The translations under genes and the position numbers were made by a program. Of a DNA stretch of 64,000 nucleotides, positions 1-13,205 are shown piece after piece. The DNA lies in the NCBI RefSeq assembly GCF_009914755.1, contig NC_060946.1; one strand, given 5' to 3'. A model generated the notes under the pieces. The model saw nothing but the letters and a program-made list of their open reading frames with translations. It made no database searches and was not told where the DNA came from. Position 1 is the stretch's first letter. The number at the start of each line of letters is the position of its first letter. The stretch comes from the human T2T-CHM13v2.0 reference genome, Homo sapiens.

Positions 1-3000
1 GAAAGGAATGGAATGGAGAGGAATGGAATGGAATGGAAAGGAATGGAATGCAATGGAATGCAGTGTTATGGAATGGAATCAACCCGAGTGGAATGGAATG
101 GAATGGAATGGAGTGGAGTGGAATGGAATGGAATGGAATGGAATGGAATGGAATGGAATGGAATCAACTCGAGTGGAATGAAATGTAATGTAATGGAATG
201 GAATGGAATTGAATGGAATAAACACGAGTGGAATGGAATGGAATGGAATGGAATGGAGTGGAATGGAATGGAATGGAATGCAATGGAATGGACAGGAATG
301 GAATGGAATGGAATGGAATGGAATGGAATGGAGTGGAATGGACTAGAATGGAATGGAATGGAATGAAATCAACCCTATTGGAATGGAATGGAATGCAATG
401 GAATGGAATGGAATGGAATCAACTGGTAAGGAAACAAATGGAACAGAATGGAATAGAATGGAATGGATTGTAATGGAATGGAATGGAATCAAACCTAGTA
501 GAATGGAATGGAAAGAATGGAATGAACAGGAATGGAATGGAATGGAATGGAATTTAATGGAATGGAATGGAATTTAATGGAATGGAATGGAATTTAATAG
601 AATGGAATGGAATGGAATGGAATGGAATGGAATGGAATGGAATGGAATCAACCAGAGTGGAGTGGAATGGAATGGAATGGAAATGAATGGAATAGAATGG
701 AATGGAATGGAACGGAAAGGAATGGAATGAACCCGAGTGGAATGGAATGGAATGGAATGCAATGGAAAGGCACGGAATGGAATGGAATGGAATGGAATGG
801 AATGGAATGGAATGCAATGGAATCAACCCGAGTGGAATGGAATGGAATGGAATCAAACTGAGTGGAATGGAATGGAATGGAATGCAATGGAATGTAATGC
901 AGTGGAAGGCATTAGAATCAACTGGAATGGAATGCAGTGGAATGGAATGGAATCAACGCCAGTGGAAAGGTATGGAATGGAATGGATAATAATAGAATGG
1001 AATGGAATAAATCCGGCTGGAATGGAATGGAATGGAATGCAATGGAATGAAATGGAATCAACTCGAGTGGAATGAAATGTAACGTAATGTAACGTAATGT
1101 AATGGAATGGAATGGAATGGAATGGAATCAATTCGAGTGCAATATAATGGTATAGAATGGAATGGAATAGAATGGAATGGAATGGAATGGAATCAACCAG
1201 AGTGGAATGGAATGGAATGGAATGGAATGGAATGGAAAGGAATGGACTGTAACGGCATGGAATGCAATGGAATGGAGTGGAATCAACCCGAATGGAATGG
1301 AATGGAATGGACTGTAACGGCATGGAACGGAATGGAATGGAGTGGAATCAAACCGAGAGGAATGGAATGGAATGGAATGGAATGGAATGGAATGGAATAG
1401 AATGGAATCAATTCGAATGCAATGTAATGGTATAGAATGGAATGGAATGGAATGGAATCAACCAGAGTGGAATGGAATGGAATGGAATGGAATGGAATAG
1501 AATGTAATGGAATGGAATGGAATGGAACGGAATGGAATGGAATGGAATGGAATGGAATGGAAAGGAATGGCATGGAATGGAATGGAATGGAGTGGAATCA
1601 ACCCGAGTGGAATGGAGTGGAATGGACTGTAATGGCATGGAATGGAATGGAATGGAGTGGAATAAACACAAGTGGAATGGAATGGAATGGAATGGACTAC
1701 AATCAACCAGAGTGCAATGGAATGGAATAGAATGGAATGGAATGGAATGGAATGAAATAAACACGAGTGGAATGGAATGGAATGGAATGGAAGAGAATGG
1801 AATGGAATCAACTCGAGTGGAAAGGAATGGAATGGAAAGGAATGGAATGGAATGGAAAGGAATGGAATGCAATGGAATGCAGTGTTATGGAATGGAATCA
1901 ACCCGAGTGGAATGGAATGGAATGGAATGGAATGGAATGGAATGGAATGGAATGGAATGCAATGGAATGGACAGGAGTGGAATGGAATGGAATTCAATGG
2001 AATGGAATGGACAGGAATGGAATGGAATGGAATGGAATGGAATGGAATGGAGTGGAATGGACTAGAATGGAATGGAATGGAATGAAATCAACCCGATTGG
2101 AATGGAATGGAATGCAATGGAATGGAATGGAATCAACTGGAAAGGAATCAAATGGAACGGAATGGAATGGAATGGAATGGAATGGAATGGAATGGAATGG
2201 AATGGAATCAACCCTAGTGGAATGGAATGGAATGAAATCAAACTGAGTGGAATGGAAGGGAATGGAATGCAATGGAATGTAATGGAGTGGAAGGCATTTG
2301 AATCAACTGGAATGGAATGGAAAGGAATGGAATGGAATGGAATCAACCCCAGTGGAATGGAATGGAATGGAATGGATTATAATGGAATGGAATGGAATCA
2401 ATCTGGGTGGAATGGAATGGAATGGAATGGATTATAATGGAATGGAATGGAATCAATCCGGGTGGAGTGGAATTGAATGGAATGGAATGGAATGGAATGG
2501 AATGGAATGGAATGGAATGGAATGGATTGGAATTCAATGTAATGGAAACAACCCGAGTGGAATGTAATGGAATGGAAAGGCCTGGAATGTAATGGAATGG
2601 ATTGGAATCAACCCGATTCCAATGCAAAGGAATGGAATGGAATGGAATGGAAGGGAATGGAATGGAATGGAAAGGAATGGAATGAACTGTAATGGAATGG
2701 AATGGAATGGAATTTAATGGAATGGAATGGAATCAACCCGAGTGGAGTGGAATGGAATGGAATGGAAATGAAAGGAATAGAATGGAATGGAATGGAATGG
2801 AACGGAACGGAATGGAAAGAACCAGAGTGCAATGGATTGTAATGGAAATGAATGGAATAGAAGGGAATGGAATGGAATGGAACGGAATGGAACGAACCCG
2901 AGTGGAATGGATTGGAATGGAATGGAATGGAAAGGAACGGAATGGAATGGATTGGAATGGAATCAACCCGAGTGGAATGGAATGGAATGGAATCAAACTG

Positions 3001-4040
3001 AGTGGAATGGAAGGGAATGGAATGCAATGGAATGTAATGGAGTGGAAGGCATTTGAATCAACTGGAATGGAATGGAATGGAATGGAATGGAATGGAATGG
3101 AATGGAATCAACCCCAGTGGAATGGATTGCATGGGAATGGATTATAATGGAATGGAATGGAATCAATCCGAGTGGAATGGAATGGAATGGAATGGATTAT
3201 AGTTGAATGGAATGGAATCAATCCTTGTGGAATGGAGTGGAATGGAATGGAATAGAATGGAATGGAATTCAATGTAATGGAAACAAACCGAGTGGAATGT
3301 AATGGAATGGAAAGGACTGGAATCTAATGGAATGTATTGGAATCAACCTGATTCCAATGCAACGGAATGGAATGGAATGGAATGCAATGGAAGGGAATGG
3401 AATGGAATGGAAAAGAATGGAATAAACTGGAATTGAAAGGAATGGAATGGAATTTAATGGAACGGAATGGAATGGAATGGAATGGAATGGAATCAACCCG
3501 AGTGGAGTGGAATGGAATGCAATGGAAATGAATGGAATGGAATGGAATGGAATGGAATGGAATGGAATGGAATCAACCCGAGTGGAGTGGAATGGAATGC
3601 AATGGAAATGAATGGAATAGAATGGAATGGAATGCAACGGAACGGAATGGAATGAACCCGAGTGGAATGGAATGGAATAGAATGGAATGGAAAGGCACGA
3701 AATGGAATGGAATGGAATGGAATGGAATGGAATCAACCCGAGTGGAATGGAATGGAATGGAATCAAACTGAGTGGAATGGAATGGAATGGAATGGAATGG
3801 AATGGAATGGAGTGGAAGGCATTAGAATCACCTGGAATGGAATGGAGTGGAATGGAATGGAATGGAATGGAATCAACCCGAGTGGAATGGAATGGAATGG
3901 AATCAAACTGAGTGGAAAGGAATAGAATGGAATGGAATGGAATGGAATGGAATCAACCACAGTGGAATGGAATGGAATGGAACAGATTATAATAGAATGG
4001 AATGGAATCAATCCGGGTGGAATGGAATGGAATGGAATGG
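1..4040 (+). repeat. More diverged HSat3 segment lying outside the ~19 kb duplicated unit
   Basis: 1-1.45 kb is a diverged paralog of ~14.3-15.6 kb (same CTGGTAAGGAAACAAA and AATCCGGCTGG markers, different point variants). 2.3-4.0 kb carries private variants (GGCATTTGAA, CAACCCCAG, ATCCTTGTGG, AACAGATTAT) that I do not see elsewhere in the window. Confidence 0.7.
2601..2623. other. Perfect 9-bp inverted repeat ATTGGAATC-N5-GATTCCAAT (also 3336-3358, 4476-4498, 37710-37732, 45569-45591)
   Basis: Read directly: GATTCCAAT is the exact reverse complement of ATTGGAATC. Loops are AACCC, AACCT and AAACC. Function unknown. Confidence 0.9.
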
Positions 4041-7000
4041 AATCAACTCGAGTGGAATGAAATGTAACTTGATGGAATGGAATGGAATGGAATGGAATGG
4101 AATGGAATGGAATGGAATACAATGGAATCAATTCGAGTGCCATGTAATGGTATAGAATGGAATGGAATGGAATGGAATGAAATGGAATGGAATGGAATGG
4201 AATGGAATCATCCAGAGTGGAATGGAATGGAATGGAATGGAATGGAATGGAATATATTGGAATGGAATGGAATGGAATGGAATGGAATATATTGGAATGG
4301 AATGCAACAGAATCAACTGGAATGGAATGGAATGGAATGGAATGGATTATAATGGAATGGAATGGAATCAATCCGAGTGGAATGGAATGGAATGGAATGG
4401 AATGGAATTCAATGTAATGGAAACAAACCGAGAGGAATGTAATGGAATGGAAAGGACTGGAATGTAATGGAATGGATTGGAATCAAACCGATTCCAATGC
4501 AACGGAATGGAATGGAATGGAATGGAAAGAAATCAACCCGAATGGAATGGATTGGAATAGAGTGGAATGGAATGGAATGGCATGGAATGCAATGAAATCA
4601 ACTAGAATGGAATGGAATGGAATGGAATGAACAGGAATGGAATGGAATGGAATGGAATGGAATGGAATGGAATGGAATGGAGTGGAATGGAATGCAATGG
4701 AATGAAATCAACCCGATTGGAATGGAATGGAATGCAATGGAATGGAATGGAATCAACTGGAAAGGAATCAAATGGAACGGAATCAAATGGAATGGAATGG
4801 AATGGAATGGAATGGAATGGAATGGAATGGAACGGAACGGAATCAACCTCTGTGGAATGGAATGGAATGGAATGGATTATAATGGAATGGAATGGAATCA
4901 ATCCAGGTGGAATGGAATGGAATGGAATGGAATGGAATGGAATGGAATGGAATGCAATGGAATGGACAGGAATGGAATGGAATGGAATTTAATGGAATGG
5001 AATGGACAGGAATGCAATGGAATGTAATGGAATGGAATGGAATGGAGTGGAATGGACTAGAATGGAATGGAATGGAATGAAATCAACCCGATTGGAATGG
5101 AATAGAATGCAATGGAATGGAATGCAATCAACTGGAAAGGAATCAAATGGAACGGAATGGAATAGAATGGAATGGATTGGAATGGAAAGGAATGGATTCA
5201 ACCCGAGTGGAATGGAATGGAATAGAACGGAATAAACACGAGTGGAATGGAATGGAATGGAATGGAATCAACTCGAGTGGAATGAAATGTAATGTAATGG
5301 AATGGAATGGAATTGAATGGAATAAACACGAGTGGAATGGAATGGAATGGAATGGAATGGAATAGAATGGAGTCAATTCAAGTGCAATGGAATGGTATAC
5401 AATGGAATCGAATGGAATGGAATCAACCAGAGTGGAATGGAATGGAAAGGAATGGAATGGAATGGAACGGAACGGAATGGAATGGAATGGAATGGAATGG
5501 AATGGAATGGAATGGAATGGAACGGCATGGAATGGAATGGAATGGAATGGAATGGAATGGAATGGAATATAACGGCATGCAATTGAATGGAATGGAGTGG
5601 ATTCAACCCGAGTGGAATGGAGTGGATTGAACGGTAACGGCATGGAATGGAATGGAATGGAGTGGAATAAACAAGAGTGGAATGGAATGGAATAGAATGG
5701 AATGGAATGGAATGGAGTGAAATAAACTCGAGTGGAATGGAATGGAATGGAATAGAATGGAATGGAATGGAAAGGAATGGAAGAGAATGGAATGGAATCA
5801 ACTCGAGTGGAAAGGAATGGAATGGAAAGGAATGGAATGGAATGGAAAGGAATGGAATGCAATGGAATGCAGTGTTATGGAATGGAATCAACCCGAGTGG
5901 AATGGAATGGAATGGAATGGAATGGAATGGAATGGACAGGAATGGAATGGAATGGAATGCAATGGAATGGAATGGAATGGAATGGAGTGGAATGGACTAG
6001 AATGGAATGGAATGGAATGAAATCAACCCGATGGGAATGGAATGGAATGCAATGGAATGGAATGGAATCAACTGGAAAGGAATCAAATGGAACGGAATGG
6101 AATTGAATGGAATGGATTGGAATGGAATGGAATGGAATCAAACCTAGTAGAATGGAATGGAAAGAATGGAATGTACAGGAATGGAATGGAATGGAATTTA
6201 ATGGAATGGAATGGAATGGAATGGAATTTAATAGAATGGAATGGAATGGAATGGAATAGAATGGAATGGAATCAACCCGATTGGAGTCAAATGAAATGGA
6301 ATGGAAATGAATGGAATAGAATGGAATGTAATGGAACGGAAAGGAATGGCATGAACCCGAGTGGAATGGAATGGAATGGAATGGAATGGAATGGAATCGA
6401 AAGGCACGGAATGGAATGGAATGGAATGGAATCAACCCGAGTGGAATGGAATGGAATGGAATCAAACTGAGTGGAATGGAATGGAATGGAATGAAATGGA
6501 ATGTAATGGAGTGGAAGGCATTAGAGTCAACTGGAATGGAATGGAGTGGAATGGAATGGAATCAACGCCAGTGGAATGGAATGGAATGGAATGGATAATA
6601 ATGGAATGGAATGGAATCAATCCGGGTGGAATGGAATGGAATGGAATGCAATGGAATGGAATGGAATCAACTCGAGTGGAATGAAATGTAACGTAATGTA
6701 ACGGAATGGAATGGAATGGAATGGAATAGAATGGAATCAATTCGAGTGTAATATAACGGTATACAATGGAATGGAATGGAATGGAATGGAATCAACTAGA
6801 GTGGAAACGAATGGAAAGGAATGGAATGGAATGGAATGGAGTGTAATGGAATGGAATGGAATGGAATGGAATGGAATGGAATAGAATGGAGTCAATTCAA
6901 GTGCAATGGAATGGTATACAATGGAATCGAATGGAATGGAATCAACCAGAGTGGAATGGAATGGAAAGGAATGGAATGGAATGGAACGGAACGGAATGGA

Positions 7001-10000
7001 ATGGAATGGAATGGAATGTAACGGCATGGAATGGAATGGAATGGAATGGAATGGAATGGAATGGAATGGAATATAACGGCATGCAATGGAATGGAATGGA
7101 GTGGATTCAACCCGAGTGGAATGGAGTGGATTGGACTGTAACGGCATGGAATGGAATGGAATGGAGTGGAATAAACACGAGTGGAATGGAAAGGAATGGA
7201 ATGGACTGGAATCAACCCGAGTGCAATGGAATGGAATGGAATGGAATGGAATGGAGTGAAATAAACTCGAGTGGAATGGAATGGAATGGAATAGAATGGA
7301 ATGGAATTTAAAGGAATGGAAGAGAATGGAATGGAATCAACTCGAGTGGAAAGGAATGGAATGGAAAGGAATGGAATGGAATGGAAAGGAATGGAATGCA
7401 ATGGAATGCAGTGTTATGGAATGGAATCAACCCGAGTGGAATGGAATGGAATGGAATGGAATGGAATGGAATGGAATGGAATGGATTGGAATGGAATGGA
7501 CAGGAACGGAATGGAATGGAATGGAATGGAATGGAATGGAATGGAATGGAATGGAATGGAGTGGAATGGAATAGAATGGAATGGAATGGAATGAAATCAA
7601 CCCGATGGGAATGGAATGGAATGCAATGGAATGGAATGGAATCAACTGGAAAGGAATCAAATGGAACGGAATGGAATGGAATGGAATGGAATGGAATGGA
7701 ATGGAATGGAATGGAATCAACCCTAGTGGAATGGAATGGAATGAAATCAAACTGAGTGGAATGGAAGGGAATGGAATGCAATGGAATGTAATGGAGTGGA
7801 AGGCATTAGAATCAACTGGAATGGAATGGAGTGGAATGGAATGGAATCAACGCCAGTGGAATGGAATGGAATGGAATGGATAATAATGGAATGGAATGGA
7901 ATCAATCCGGGTGGAATGGAATGGAATGGAATGCAATGGAATGGAATGGAATCAACTCGAGTGGAATGAAATGTAACGTAATGTAATGTAATGGAATGGA
8001 ATGGAATGAAATAGAATGGAATCAATTCGAGTGTAATATAACGGTATAGAATGGAATGGAATGGAATGGAATGGAATCAACTAGAGTGGAAACGAATGGA
8101 AAGGAATGGAATGGAATGGAATGGAGTGTAATGGAATGGAATGGAATGGAATGGAATGGAATGGAATGGCATGGAATGGAATGGAATGGAGTGGAATCAA
8201 CCAGAGTGGAATGGAGTGCAATGGACTGTAACGGCATGGAATGGAATGGAATGGAGTGGAATAAACACGAGTGGAATGGAATGGAATGGAATGGACTGGA
8301 ATGGAATGGAATGGAATCAACCCGAGTGAAATGGAATGGAATAGAATGGAATGAAATAAACACGAGTGGAAAGGAATGGAATGGAATGGAATGGAAGAGA
8401 ATGGAATGGAATCAACTCGAGTGGAAAGGAATGGAATGGAATGGAATGGAAAGGAATGGAATGCAATGGAATGCAATGTTATGGAATGGAATCAACCCGA
8501 GTTGAATGGAATGGAATGGAATGGAATGCAATGGAATGGAATGGAATCAACTCGAGTGGAATGAAATGTAATGTAATGTAATGGAATGGAATGGAATGGA
8601 ATGGAATAGAATGGAATCATTTCGAATGCAATGTAATGGTATAGAATGGAATGGAATGGAATGGAATCAACCAGAGTGGAATGGAATGGAAAGGAATGGA
8701 ATGGAATGGAATGGAAAGGAATGGAATGGAATGGAATGGAATGCAATGTAACGGCATGGAATGGAATGGAATGGAGTGGAATCAACCCGAGTGGAATGGA
8801 GTGGAATGGACTGTAATGGAATGGAATGGAATGGAGTGGAATAAACACAAGTGGAAAGGAATGGAATGGAATCAAACTGAGTGGAATGGAATGGAATGGA
8901 AAGCAATGGAATGTAATGCAGTGGAAGGCATTAGAATCAACTGGAATGGAATGGAGTGGAATGGAATGGAATCAACGCCAGTGGAATGGATTGGAATGGA
9001 ATGGATAATAATGGTATGGAAGGGAATCAATCCGGGTGGAATGGAATGGAATGGAATGGAATGCAATGGAATGAAATGGAATCAACTCGAGTGGAATGAA
9101 ATGTAACGTAATGTAATGGAATGGAATGGAATGGAATAGAATGGAATCAATTCGAGTGCAATATAATCGTATAGAATGGAATGGAATGGAATGGAATGGA
9201 ATGGAATGGAATGTAACGGCATGGAATGGAATGGAATGGAATGGAATGGAATGGAATGGAATGGAATGGCATGCAATGGAATGGAATGGAGTGGAATAAA
9301 CACGAGTGGAATGGAATGGAATGGAATGGACTGGAATGGAAAGGAATGGAAGAGAATGGAATGGAATCAATACGAGTGGAAAGGAATGGAATGGAAAGGA
9401 ATGGAATGGAATGGAAAGGAATGTAATGCAATGGAATGCAGTGTTATGGAATGAAATCAACCCGAGTGGAATGGAATGGAATGGAATGCAATGGAATGGA
9501 CAGGAATGGAATGGAATGGAATGGAATGGACAGGAATGGAATGGAATGGAATGGAATGGAATGGAATGGAATGGAATGGAATGGAATGCAATGGAGTGGA
9601 ATGGACTAGAATGGAATGGAATGGAATGAAATCAACCCGATGGGAATGGAATGGAATGCAATGGAATGGAATGGAATCAACTGGAAAGGAATCAAATGGA
9701 ACGGAATGGAATTGAATGGAATTGATTGGAATGGAATGGAATGGAATCAAACCTAGTAGAATGGAATGGAAAGAATGGAATGTACAGGAATGGAATGGAA
9801 TGGAATGGAATTTAATGGAATGGAATGGAATGGAATGGAATTTAATAGAATGGAATGGAATGGAATGGAATGGAATGGAATGGAATGGAATGGAATCAAC
9901 CCGATTGGAGTCAAATGAAATGGAATGGAAATGAATGGAATAGAATGGAATGGAATGGAACGGAAAGGAATGGCATGAACCCGAGTGGAATGGAATGGAA

Positions 10001-13000
10001 TGGAATGGAATGGAATGGAATGGAATGGAATCGAAAGGCACGGAATGGAATGGAATGGAGTGGAATGGAATGGAATGGAATGGAATCAACCCGAGTGGAA
10101 TGGAATGGAATGGAATCAAACTGAGTGGAATGGAATGGAATGGAATGCAATGGAATGTAATGGAGTGGAAGGCATTAGAATCAACTGGAATGGAATGGAG
10201 TGGAATGGAATGAAATCAACGCCAGTGGAATGGAATGGAATGGAATGGAATGGATAATAATGGAATGGAATGGAATCAATCCGGGTGGAATGGAATGGAA
10301 TGGAATGCAATGGAATGGAATGGAATCAACTCGAGTGGAATGAAATGTAACGTAATGTAATGTAATGTAATGGAATGGAATGGAATAGAATGGAATAAAT
10401 TCGAGTGTAATATAACGGTATAGAATGGAATGGAATGGAATGGAATGGAATGGAATCAACTAGAGTGGAAACGAATGGAAAGGAATGGAATGGAATGGAA
10501 TGGAGTGTAATGGAATGGAATGGAATGGAATGGAATGGAGTGGAATCAACCAGAGTGGAATGGAGTGCAATGGACTGTAACGGCATGGAATGGAATGGAA
10601 TGGAGTGGAATAAACACGAGTGGAATGGAATGGAATGGAATGGACTGGAATGGAATGGAATGGAATCAACCCGAGTGAAATGGAATGGAATAGAATGGAA
10701 TGAAATAAACACGAGTGGAAAGGAATGGAATGGAATGGAATGGAAGAGAGTGGAATGGAATCAACTCGAGTGGAAAGGAATGGAATGGAAAGGAATGGAT
10801 TGGAATGGAAAGGAATGGAATGCAATGGAATGCAATGTTATGGAATGGAATCAACCCGAGTTGAATGGAATGGAATGGAATGGAATGCAATGGAATGGAA
10901 TGGAATCAACTCGAGTGGAATGAAATGTAATGTAATGTAATGTAATGGAATGGAATGGAATGGAATGGAATGGAATAGAATGGAATCATTTCGAATGCAA
11001 TGTAATGGTATAGAATGGAATGGAATGGAATGGAATCAACCAGAGTGGAATGGAATGGAAAGGAATGGAAAGGAATGGAATGGAATGGAATGTAACGGCA
11101 TGGAATGGAATGGAATGGAGTGGAATCAACCCGAGTGGAATGGAGTGGAATGGACTGTAATGGAATGGAATGGAATGGAGTGGAATAAACACAAGTGGAA
11201 AGGAATGGAATGGAATCAAACTGAGTGGAATGGAATGGAATGGAAAGCAATGGAATGTAATGCAGTGGAAGGCATTAGAATCAACTGGAATGGAATGGAG
11301 TGGAATGGAATGGAATCAACGCCAGTGGAATGGATTGGAATGGAATGGATAATAATGGAATGGAAGGGAATCAATCCGGGTGGAATGGAATGGAAAGGAA
11401 TGCAATGGAATGAAATGGAATCAACTCGAGTGGAATGAAATGTAACGTAATGTAATGGAATGGAATGGAATGGAATGGAATGGAATAGAATGGAATCAAT
11501 TCGAGTGCAATATAATGGTATAGAATGGAATGGAATGGAATGGAATGGAATGGAATCAACCAGAGTGGAATGGAATGGAAAGGAATGGAATGGAATGGAA
11601 TGGAATGGAATGGAATGGAATGGCACGGCATGGAATGGAATGGAATGGAGTGGAATCAACCCGAGTGGAATGGAGTGGAATGGACTGTAATGGCATGGAA
11701 TGGAATGGAATGGAAAGGAGTGGAATAAACACAAGTGGAATGGAATGGAATGGAATGGAATGGAATGGACTGGAATCAACCGGAGTGCAATGGAATGGAA
11801 TAGAATGGAATGGAATGGAATGGAATGAAATAAACACGAACGGAACGGAATGGAATGGAATGGAATGGAATGGAGTGGAATGGACTAGAATGGAATGGAA
11901 TGGAATGAAATCAACCCGATTGGATTGGAATGAAATGCAATGGAATGGAATGGAATCAACTGGAAAGGAATCAAATGGAACGGAATGGAATGGAATGGAA
12001 TGGAATGGAATGGAATGGAACGGAATGGAATCAACCTCTATGGAATGGAATGGAATGGAATGGATTATAATGGAATGGAATGGAATCAATCCGGGTGGAA
12101 TGGAATGGAATGGAATGGAATGGAATGCAATGGAATGGACAGGAATGGAATGGAATGGAATTCAATGGAATGGAATGGACAGGAATGCAATGGAATGTAA
12201 TGGAATGGAATGGAATGGAATGGAGTGGAATGGACTAGAATGGAATGGAATGGAATGAAATCAACCCGATTGAAATGGAATGGAATGCAATGGAATGGAA
12301 TGGAATCAACTGGAAAGGAATCAAATGGAACGGAATGGAATAGAATGGAATGGATTGGAATGGAAAGGAATGGATTCAACCCGAGTGGAATGGAATGGAA
12401 TAGAACGGAATAAACACGAGTGGAATGGAATGGAATGGAATGGAATGGAATGGAATGGAATGGAATGGAATCAACTCGAGTGGAATGAAATGTAATGGAA
12501 TGGAATGGAATGGAATTGAATGGAATAAACACGAGTGGAATGGAATGGAATGGAATGGAATGGAATAGAATGGAGTCAATTCAAGTGCAATGGAATGGTA
12601 TACAATGGAATCGAATGGAATGGAATCAACCAGAGTGGAATGGAATGGAAAGGAATGGAATGGAATGGAACGGAACGGAATGGAATGGAATGGCATGGAA
12701 TGTAACGGCATGGAATGGAATGGAATGGAATGGAATGGAATATAACGGCATGCAATGTAATGGAATGGAGTGGATTCAACCCGAGTGGAATGGAGTGGAT
12801 TGGACTGTAACGGCGTGGAATGGAATGGAATGGAGTGGAATAAACACGAGTGGAATGGAATGGAATGGAATGGACTGGAATCAACCCGAGTGCAATGGAA
12901 TGGAATGGAATGGAATGGAATGGAGTGAAATAAACTCGAGTGGAATGGAATGGAATGGAATAGAATGGAATGGAATGGAAAGGAATGGAAGAGAATGGAA

Positions 13001-13205
13001 TGGAATCAACTCGAGTGGAAAGGAATGGAATGGAAAGGAATGGAATGGAATGGAAAGGAATGGAATGCAATGTAATGCAGTGTTATGGAATGGAATCAAC
13101 CCGAGTGGAATGGAATGGAATGGAAAGGAATGGAATGCAATGGAATGCAATGTTAGGGAATGGAATCAACCCGAGTGGAATGGAATGGAATGGAATGGAA
13201 TGCAA

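Noticed and set aside
13141-13160. Telomere-like TTAGGG (TGTTAGGGAAT; also ~33.8, 35.2, 41.6, 43.1, 54.4, 60.8, 62.3 kb) and TAACCCTA (~14.6 kb and paralogs)
   Set aside because: These are single isolated hexamers explained by substitutions in TGTTATGGAAT and CAACCCGATT, then copied by duplication. They are not interstitial telomere arrays.
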